DNA from: an uncultured bacterium
Lineage (GTDB): Bacteria > Patescibacteriota > Gracilibacteria > UBA1369 > PNNO01
Direction of reading: 5' to 3'
Assembly (NCBI GenBank): GCA_963704705.1
Contig: OY969931.1
Location: forward strand, 510,001-542,000
DNA: 32,000 nt
Each line of letters starts with the position of its first letter. The stretch's first letter is position 1. The notes beneath the pieces were generated by a model that had not been told where the DNA came from, did no database searches, and saw only the letters and a program-made list of their open reading frames with translations. A program made the translations under genes and the position numbers. Below are positions 23,207 through 29,903 of the stretch, in pieces.

Positions 23207-23881
23207 TTATAGTAAGTTAATTAAATTTTTCATCTTGTTATGATTTTTGGCCGGGTAGTAGAGAGTATACAAGCGCTCTTTAATCTTTACAACTAAAAAT
23301 ACAGAATTTTTTTCTTCGTTATGATTTGCAAAAAAAGAGTGATCACCGTATTGATTAGTTTCATTTATTATAAATTCACCCGTATCTGTTATTTTTGTCT
23401 TAATAGAGTTGTAAACTTCAAGTGCTATATCTGAATTCGGAAAGATTAGTTCGTCTATGGTTCCTGCGTATTCTTCTGATTCAGTGATTATAAATTGCTT
23501 GTGGTTGTCATCATTATATTCACTGATATCAATATTTTTAAATATAGTTCCTTTAAAATCTTCAGATACCAGATCAGCAACTTTAAAACCTGCATTCACA
23601 ACTTTTGTGATATCGATTTTTGGGTAAACTGGTTCTGCTGTTGTTGTTTCAGTTTCAACAGTATCAACAGTATCAAATGGAGAAACTATCGCAGGAAAAT
23701 CAGCTACCGGCGGTTCTTCGTCTGTTTTTTCATCAGTGATTTGTTCTTCACTAATCACCCCTTTAATTTGGTTATCTGATTCGGCTTGATTAGGACTGAA
23801 ATGGCGTATACCAAGTAGAGTCCCAACAACAAGGACAACTACAATTGTAATTACGATAAAAGCGATTGTGAGCTTATTCAT
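23207..23881 (-). CDS. Hypothetical N-terminally anchored exported protein inserted between nusG and rplK
   Basis: TM anchor [20 protein letters not shown], an acidic linker and a ~130-aa globular part. Its ATG overlaps the nusG stop (TAATG), and its stop is 1 nt before the rplK ATG, so it is translationally coupled within the operon. Confidence 0.65.
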   Translation of the reverse strand: MNKLTIAFIVITIVVVLVVGTLLGIRHFSPNQAESDNQIKGVISEEQITDEKTDEEPPVADFPAIVSPFDTVDTVETETTTAEPVYPKIDITKVVNAGFKVADLVSEDFKGTIFKNIDISEYNDDNHKQFIITESEEYAGTIDELIFPNSDIALEVYNSIKTKITDTGEFIINETNQYGDHSFFANHNEEKNSVFLVVKIKERLYTLYYPAKNHNKMKNLINLL

Positions 23882-24426
23882 TATTTCTTCTTAACTTGTG
23901 TAAAGTCTAGTTCTACAGGTGTTTCACGTTCGAATATTGTGATCATAACTGTAACTTTACCTTTTTCTTCATCAATTTTATTAATAACACCTTCATAATT
24001 TGCAAAAGGACCATCAAGAACAGTAACGGTATCGCTGATATTAAAGTCAATTTTAAATCTTGGCTCTTCTTTACCCATATGTTTTTCAATAACTTTCCAT
24101 TCATCTTCACTTACTGGTACAGGAGTTGTGCCTGATCCAACAAATCCCGTTACATTAGGTGTGTTTCTAACAACATACCAAGATTCATCGGTTACTATCA
24201 TATCAACAAGAACATAACCAGGGAAAATACGTTTTTCTTCAGTGGTTGGCTCACCTTTTTTAATAACGATTTGGGTTTCTTTAGGAACAACAACATCAAA
24301 AATATAATCCTGCATGTTCATTGTTTCAATACGCTGTAAAAGTGCTTCACGCACAGCATCTTCGTACCCAGAGTAAGTATGAACCACATACCAGTGCCGA
24401 CCTGTTCCAGCAGCTTGTTTAGCCAT
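23881..24426 (-). CDS. nusG: Transcription termination/antitermination factor NusG
   Basis: WYVVHTYSGYEDAV (NGN domain) and a C-terminal KOW (GPFANYEGVINKIDEEKGKVTVMI). Confidence 0.93.
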   Translation of the reverse strand: MAKQAAGTGRHWYVVHTYSGYEDAVREALLQRIETMNMQDYIFDVVVPKETQIVIKKGEPTTEEKRIFPGYVLVDMIVTDESWYVVRNTPNVTGFVGSGTTPVPVSEDEWKVIEKHMGKEEPRFKIDFNISDTVTVLDGPFANYEGVINKIDEEKGKVTVMITIFERETPVELDFTQVKKK

Positions 24427-24430
24427 TATT

Positions 24431-24625
24431 TTAAGTTAAAGTAAGTAAATATTTGTATCCGAAATTGAATAATCCATCAATTAATCCAAGGACAATTGCC
24501 ATAAAAAGACAAAATCCAAGAACAATTGCTGTTAATTTTATTGCCTGATTTTTTGTTGGCCATGTCACCTTACGTAATTCCTGAAAACTGGTAACAAAGT
24601 AATCTGTAAATGCATTTTTTGCCAT
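24431..24625 (-). CDS. secE: Preprotein translocase subunit SecE
   Basis: 64 aa. ELRKVTWPTKNQAIKLTAIVLGFCLFMAIVLGLID, in the conserved position upstream of nusG. Confidence 0.88.
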   Translation of the reverse strand: MAKNAFTDYFVTSFQELRKVTWPTKNQAIKLTAIVLGFCLFMAIVLGLIDGLFNFGYKYLLTLT

Positions 24626-24677
24626 AATAGTGTTGATTAGCGAGGTAACTTTAAAAAGCCCCCCTTGTTCGAAACGA

Positions 24678-24706
24678 ATTATATTATCATTTTACCACTA
24701 TTGCAA
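24678..24706 (-). promoter_or_regulatory. Candidate promoter of the secE-nusG-rplKA operon
   Basis: The minus strand reads TTGCAA (24706-24701), 17 nt, TATAAT (24683-24678), 52 nt upstream of the secE ATG. A second TGgTAAAAT element lies inside the spacer (24689-24698). Confidence 0.45.
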
Positions 24707-24845
24707 GCTGAAATTTGGATTAATTAGCTAAGCGGCCTTGCAGGGTGAGTATTCGTACACCATTTATATCGAAAAGTCCAGTTGAAATACTGGAAATAGC
24801 CTGCTTGTTTTGATAGAATCTTGATATAAATTAAATCAAAATATA

Positions 24846-25649
24846 ATGAACGATAACGAATTATACAAACTCTGCCAGGAGTATGGAGTAAAGGCTCGCA
24901 AATGGAAAAATAAATTTATTTCTTTGCTCCCTGAAGTTGCAAAAAGAGAACTTTATAAAAAGAAAGGTTTTGAATCCATTTATGAATTTGCAGCAAAAGT
25001 GGGAGGAGTTGGAAGAAAAACAGTTGAAGCGGTTTTTCAGGTTCAAAAATATATTGAAGATAAACCGGCACTTAAAGCTGTTTTGCCAAAAGTTGGAATA
25101 AATAAGATTAGAACAATTGCAACACTGGCAACCCAGGAAAATCAAATTGAACTTGCTGATAAAGTTATTAAAATGTCTAAACCTGCACTTGAACTTTATG
25201 CTAAAGAACAAAGAGCGCCAAAAATTGAAACTCCTCCCGGGAGGAAAATGAGAATTTTAAGTTTTCATGTAGATGAAGCGGTTGAATTGGAATTAAGAAA
25301 ATTAAAAAATGAAGGAGAAACATTTAATGATGTAATGAGAAAACTTCTTGCACTTGTTCCGAAAGAGAAAGTGGTTAAGCCGCGCAAGACAAAAAAGTCG
25401 AAATCGAGGCCGGTTCCTGCCCAACAACGACGCGAAGTTTCAGCTGAAACAAATGGTAAATGTTCAATCCCGGGCTGCAACAAGCCGGCTGAAGAAATCC
25501 ATCACAAAAAACCATGGGCAATATTTAAAAAACACGATGAGCTACAAGCCCTTTGCAAAGGCCATCATGAGCTCAAACATCAAGGTGACACGCTGATCGA
25601 TAAAAAATTTAGAATGTATAAAATGCAGGCAGCATTAAATTCGGGTTAA
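24846..25649 (+). CDS. HNH endonuclease-domain protein with a helical N-terminal domain
   Basis: C-terminus CSIPGCNKPAEEIHHKKPWAIFKKHDELQALCKGHHELKH (CxxC...HH...CxxH HNH/zinc-finger layout), preceded by a basic linker KPRKTKKSKSRP. Confidence 0.75.
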   Translation: MNDNELYKLCQEYGVKARKWKNKFISLLPEVAKRELYKKKGFESIYEFAAKVGGVGRKTVEAVFQVQKYIEDKPALKAVLPKVGINKIRTIATLATQENQIELADKVIKMSKPALELYAKEQRAPKIETPPGRKMRILSFHVDEAVELELRKLKNEGETFNDVMRKLLALVPKEKVVKPRKTKKSKSRPVPAQQRREVSAETNGKCSIPGCNKPAEEIHHKKPWAIFKKHDELQALCKGHHELKHQGDTLIDKKFRMYKMQAALNSG

Positions 25650-25674
25650 AAGACTTTATTTAAAGCGGAATTTG

Positions 25675-25683
25675 TGGTAAAAT
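25675..25683 (+). promoter_or_regulatory. Candidate extended -10 promoter (TGgTAAAAT) for the 691-aa gene
   Basis: TTTGTGGTAAAATAAT at 25671-25686, 32 nt upstream of the ATG at 25715. Confidence 0.35.
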
Positions 25684-25714
25684 AATATGAAGAAATTAAA
25701 ACAAAAAACACACA

Positions 25715-27790
25715 ATGGATTTCAACATATTCTTTGAGGGAAAATTTGTTTATCACGGGGGCGCGGAAAAGCCACGTGGTCAAGAAGCTGCTTCACAAAA
25801 AACAGGAAAAGACTCATTTAATGAAAGAATGGATTATATTGAACAAAAAATGAAAGCCCTGGAAGACAGAATAGCGGAAAAATTGGCAGAATTAAAAGGT
25901 AAAAGAACAAGATTAAGCACAAGGAGAAAAATTAAAAGATTGGAAAAAACAGTCAAAGACATAAGAGAAAAAATAAAGAAATTAAAAGAAATGAGGGAAA
26001 AAGACAGGGAAAAGGCTATTGTTATAGTTAATAAAAAACTTGATGACGTGATGAAGAGAGAAGGTGTTAAGCTACCGGAAAATCCTGCAAAAGCACCGAA
26101 TACGCCTTCAAAGTATGGACCAAGTGAATCCAAAATAGGTCCGCGGGAATACACGAAATTAACTAAAAAACAGGAAATTGCTATTAAGCAGCTTGGTAGA
26201 TACATCGCAATGGATCTTAATAAACTTAATGAAGTAGGTTATTTAAGATCTGATATTAGAAATGTTTTAAATGTAAGAGTTAGACAACTTGTTTTTATTT
26301 TGGGATATGATCCGGATAAACCGCATTTAAGTTTAAAACATCATGAATATTTTAAATTACCAAACGGTTATTCTCTTGCTCTTTACAAGTGGAAAAAAGA
26401 TCCCCAATCAAAACCTAATGTAATGTTTTATAAAGGTTCTGAACTGGTACTTTATCAGCAAGACGGCGGATTCCAGGCACCGGAAGGTGACACACATATT
26501 GATAAAGGAAGGCAATATGCGGAGATGGTAAAATGTTTTCATTTATTTCCGCAAACTTTTTATGTTGAAAAAGGGAAATTGGTAATTAAAAACGGAAAAG
26601 AGGATGAATTTCATAAACTCTTAGGGGATATCATGAAATTCAGCGGAAAATTTAAATGGGATGTCAGAATTCACGGTTGTGCATTAGGCTATAGTCCGGA
26701 TCAAAAAGGGCTGATAATTACACCTTACAATACTGATTTTAAATTTCTAATTAAACCTCCTTCACCAAGAATGGTTTTTGAAAGAGGTGTGGAGCCTGAT
26801 CATATTGTTTACGAGACGCCTGAGAAAAAAGCTGAAAGGGCAAATAAATTTAGAGAACAGGAGAAGGCTAAAAAAGATGCTGAAAAATTGAAAGCGCTTC
26901 AAAATCGTGAGATTGAAAGAGGAAAGGCAAAACTGGAAAACAGGATTGACGACAAAAAATACAAAAGTATTGTTCAAAAGGATATAAATCCAAAAAACCC
27001 TTATGAATTCAGAATAATTGCCAAAGATAAAAAAGCTGAGAAGCTTATAAGTAAAACAAGAATCAATGAACTTCTTAAATTAAAAAATTGCAAAAGTGTT
27101 TTGTTTGTAACAATTACAGGACCAAACGGGAAGAAAAGAGAAGGTATGTTTTATCCTGGTCAGGATACATGTTATGAGATGGTGAACGATAAACAAACTG
27201 ATCAAAGGCTTAGATTCGTTAAAGGAGATCATTTTAAAATTGCATTTGCAGAGCCGAGTAAAGAGAATTACAGAAAATTAAATCCAAAATTAAAAAGAAA
27301 TATTAAAGAACCGGTTAAAGAAAAGTCCGAATTGGATGATTTTAAAAAATTGCCGACTCTTAAGGATTATGAACAAAGAGATTTAGCAAAAAAAGCGCGG
27401 CTTTCTCAATCAAAAGAGCAGCAAGAAAAAAACAAAGCAAACTATGAAAAAATGAAAAAGCTTTTGGGAACAACATTCAGTAAATTTAAACCTAATCAAA
27501 ATAATCCAACTGAATTTAAAATAACTTCAAACTCATTGGCAAAACTTAAGATGAAAGAATTATTTGCTGGATTAAAAAACTTTAAAGATGAATCTGTACG
27601 TGTTTCAATTACCGATAAATCAGGGAAAAAACGCTTTGGGGTATGTCTTCCGGGGCAAAACCCTCCTGCGATTTACAGAATAGAAAACGGAAAACAAACA
27701 AATAATGAAATGAAATTTTTTAGAAACGAATTAATCAGGGTAGAATTTTCTAAATCAAAACCAAAACAAAAACCTAATGGAAAAAAATAG
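25715..27790 (+). CDS. Large lysine-rich hypothetical protein (coiled-coil N-terminus, central globular region, two ~90-aa C-terminal repeat modules)
   Basis: 691 aa with no signal peptide or TM helix. The internal duplication is aa 424-516 versus 592-683 (shared NP.EF.I...V.(V/F).IT...GKKR.G...PGQ.....Y...N.KQT.....F). Its 3' end overlaps the next gene's start by 14 nt. Confidence 0.7.
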   Translation: MDFNIFFEGKFVYHGGAEKPRGQEAASQKTGKDSFNERMDYIEQKMKALEDRIAEKLAELKGKRTRLSTRRKIKRLEKTVKDIREKIKKLKEMREKDREKAIVIVNKKLDDVMKREGVKLPENPAKAPNTPSKYGPSESKIGPREYTKLTKKQEIAIKQLGRYIAMDLNKLNEVGYLRSDIRNVLNVRVRQLVFILGYDPDKPHLSLKHHEYFKLPNGYSLALYKWKKDPQSKPNVMFYKGSELVLYQQDGGFQAPEGDTHIDKGRQYAEMVKCFHLFPQTFYVEKGKLVIKNGKEDEFHKLLGDIMKFSGKFKWDVRIHGCALGYSPDQKGLIITPYNTDFKFLIKPPSPRMVFERGVEPDHIVYETPEKKAERANKFREQEKAKKDAEKLKALQNREIERGKAKLENRIDDKKYKSIVQKDINPKNPYEFRIIAKDKKAEKLISKTRINELLKLKNCKSVLFVTITGPNGKKREGMFYPGQDTCYEMVNDKQTDQRLRFVKGDHFKIAFAEPSKENYRKLNPKLKRNIKEPVKEKSELDDFKKLPTLKDYEQRDLAKKARLSQSKEQQEKNKANYEKMKKLLGTTFSKFKPNQNNPTEFKITSNSLAKLKMKELFAGLKNFKDESVRVSITDKSGKKRFGVCLPGQNPPAIYRIENGKQTNNEMKFFRNELIRVEFSKSKPKQKPNGKK

Positions 27791-28892
27791 TAAAAAAATT
27801 AGAAAATTTTTTGCACAATTGGCACTGGTGCTTGTATTAAGCGCAATGCTTATCTCGTTTTCAAATTCAGTATTGGCAGCTGCTGGAGATGCTGTGGGCC
27901 AGAATAATGCAACAAGTGGTTCAACCCCGGTTGATAATCCGAATGCATCAACTGCTCCATCAACACCTACAACTTCAACATCTGGTACGCAGCCAATAAC
28001 TGCTCCCGGTGCAGGTAAGGAGAATTTAATTTTTGTGCCACTTGATACAAGTGCATATCAGGATTTACCTCACCTTACACAGGTAACTCCTACTGGTATG
28101 TTAAACGAATTTGTAAGCGGAATAATCAAAAACGGTAAATGGATTTTGGGAGCTTTTGCAGTGCTTTATATCGTTGTTGCAGCTATAAAATTAATAATAG
28201 CAGGTGATAACGAAGATACTGTTACAAAACAAAAAAATGCAATTATGTATGGAATCATAGGTTTGGTTGTAATTGGATTTGCAAATGATATAACCAGAGT
28301 TTTGTCTGTGGCATGCGCTCCGGGCCAGATTGATTGTGCAAAAGGCGGATTTTTAAAAGATCCGGCCAATATGGTTCAGCAGGCAGCCTTATTTACTCAA
28401 ACAACAAGAATACTCATAACATTTATTAAATATGCTATCGGAGGCATTGCAGTTTTGATGCTTGTAAGGAATGGTTTGAGACTTGTTGCTTTGGCAGGAA
28501 ATGAAGAAAGTGTGACAATTGATAAAAAGAATCTTATTTATACATCAATTGGTTTGGTTTTAATTATTCTTGCAAGCAGTTTTGTCGATAAAATTTTATT
28601 CATTGTTGATCCTTTAAAATACTCAACAATTACAGGAGTTGAGCCGGCTATCAATCCAACAAGGGCTGCTCAGGAAGTTGTGGGTATAACAAACTGGGCG
28701 GTTTTATTTACGGCTCCCCTGGGGATTTTAATGTTGATTGCGGGTGCTTTAATGTATGCGGCATCTGCCGGAAACGAGGAGCAAATGACGAAAGCAAAGC
28801 GTTTAATTATGTTCGCAATTATTGGTATGGCAGTAATTTACGGTGCTTTTGCCATTGTTAGTACCGTTATATCAGGTCAATTTATTCCGTAA
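27777..28892 (+). CDS. Secreted/membrane protein with three tandem TrbC/VirB2-like (type IV secretion 'pilin') modules
   Basis: Signal peptide (FAQLALVLVLSAMLISFSNSVLAAA), then a Pro/Thr/Ser-rich linker, then three TM-loop-TM hairpins with the loop motif AG(D/N)EE: IIAGDNEDTVTKQKNAIMYGIIGLVVIG (nt ~28098-28292), ALAGNEESVTIDKKNLIYTSIGLVLII (~28368-28592) and ASAGNEEQMTKAKRLIMFAIIGMAVIYGAFAIV (~28659-28877). Confidence 0.75.
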   Translation: MEKNSKKIRKFFAQLALVLVLSAMLISFSNSVLAAAGDAVGQNNATSGSTPVDNPNASTAPSTPTTSTSGTQPITAPGAGKENLIFVPLDTSAYQDLPHLTQVTPTGMLNEFVSGIIKNGKWILGAFAVLYIVVAAIKLIIAGDNEDTVTKQKNAIMYGIIGLVVIGFANDITRVLSVACAPGQIDCAKGGFLKDPANMVQQAALFTQTTRILITFIKYAIGGIAVLMLVRNGLRLVALAGNEESVTIDKKNLIYTSIGLVLIILASSFVDKILFIVDPLKYSTITGVEPAINPTRAAQEVVGITNWAVLFTAPLGILMLIAGALMYAASAGNEEQMTKAKRLIMFAIIGMAVIYGAFAIVSTVISGQFIP

Positions 28893-28899
28893 TTAATTT

Positions 28900-29847
28900 A
28901 TGAAAACAAAAAACTTTCTTAAATCATTGGTTCTGGTTCTTACATTGGCTACTTTATGCCTTACAATTAAGCATGTTTTTGAAACAAGCATTGTGAATGC
29001 GGCCCTTGATACTACTTATTTGGACAAAATTCAAAATGTTACGGATTTACCAACATTTGACAGTTCTCATGGGCAGGCAATTCAAAGACCTGGAGTTTCG
29101 AATATAACCAGCGCAGTATTTTTTGTGTTGGATATGCTTAAATTTTTAATAGGAGGTGTTGCGGTAATAATACTTATTCTCATCGGAGTTCGTTTAATAA
29201 TTGCCCGCAAAAAAATCGATGAAGTATGGCCTAAACAAAAAGAACATCTGATAATGATTGCTACTGGATTTGTATTAATAATGCTCGCTGATTATTTGGT
29301 TAAAAGGGTGTTATTTGGTGCTGAAGGCGAAGTATATCAATCAGAGGCATCTGTTCAGTTAGCAGCAGGAGCCGCCACAGAACAGATTAAAGGTATTTAT
29401 AATTTAGCCATGATTCTAGTAGGACTGTTAGCTGTTTTGATGACAATTATTGCCGGATTCAGATTATTAATAAGTGCAGGTAATGAGGAAGCTCAAACCA
29501 AAGTAAAAAAACAGATGACATGGCTTATAATTGGTTTATTTGTTATTGGTGTCGCAGAATTTGTTGTTCAGGATTTTATATTTCCAAACAAAGGAGCACA
29601 GATTCCCGCAGCAGATCAAGGTATAAAACTAATTGTAAGCTTTACAAATTTTGCTGCAGCCTTTATTTCAATCATTGCATTTATTGTGTCATTGTATGGA
29701 GGTTATTTATATGTAATTGCTGCAGGAAATGAAGAACAGACCACGAAGGCTAAAAAGGTACTTATGGGTGCGATTATAGCCCTTATTCTAGGGCTTGGAG
29801 CATTTGCTGTAGTTAATAGTGTGATTCAGCTTAAGCCAGGAGCTTAA
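28900..29847 (+). CDS. Paralogous protein with three TrbC/VirB2-like pilin modules (the first is degenerate)
   Basis: Signal peptide, then modules IIARKKIDEVWPKQKEHLIMIATGFVLIM (degenerate loop), ISAGNEEAQTKVKKQMTWLIIGLFVIGVAEFVV and IAAGNEEQTTKAKKVLMGAIIALILGLGAFAVVN. Confidence 0.75.
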   Translation: MKTKNFLKSLVLVLTLATLCLTIKHVFETSIVNAALDTTYLDKIQNVTDLPTFDSSHGQAIQRPGVSNITSAVFFVLDMLKFLIGGVAVIILILIGVRLIIARKKIDEVWPKQKEHLIMIATGFVLIMLADYLVKRVLFGAEGEVYQSEASVQLAAGAATEQIKGIYNLAMILVGLLAVLMTIIAGFRLLISAGNEEAQTKVKKQMTWLIIGLFVIGVAEFVVQDFIFPNKGAQIPAADQGIKLIVSFTNFAAAFISIIAFIVSLYGGYLYVIAAGNEEQTTKAKKVLMGAIIALILGLGAFAVVNSVIQLKPGA

Positions 29848-29850
29848 ATA

Positions 29851-29879
29851 TTGTAAAAAACTTAATTTTCTGCTATAAT
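29851..29879 (+). promoter_or_regulatory. Candidate promoter for the pilin-PKD gene
   Basis: TTGTAA (29851-29856), a 17-nt spacer ending in TGc, then TATAAT (29874-29879), i.e. an extended -10, 25 nt upstream of the ATG at 29904. Confidence 0.5.
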
Positions 29880-29903
29880 AAAAAGAAAAATAAACATAAA
29901 AAA

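Noticed and set aside
24626-24845. tRNA (for example tRNA-Trp, often found upstream of secE) in the 220-bp spacer
   Set aside because: GTTCGAAAC at ~24667 looks T-loop-like, but its flanks cannot form a T-stem, and no acceptor or anticodon arms can be drawn on either strand.
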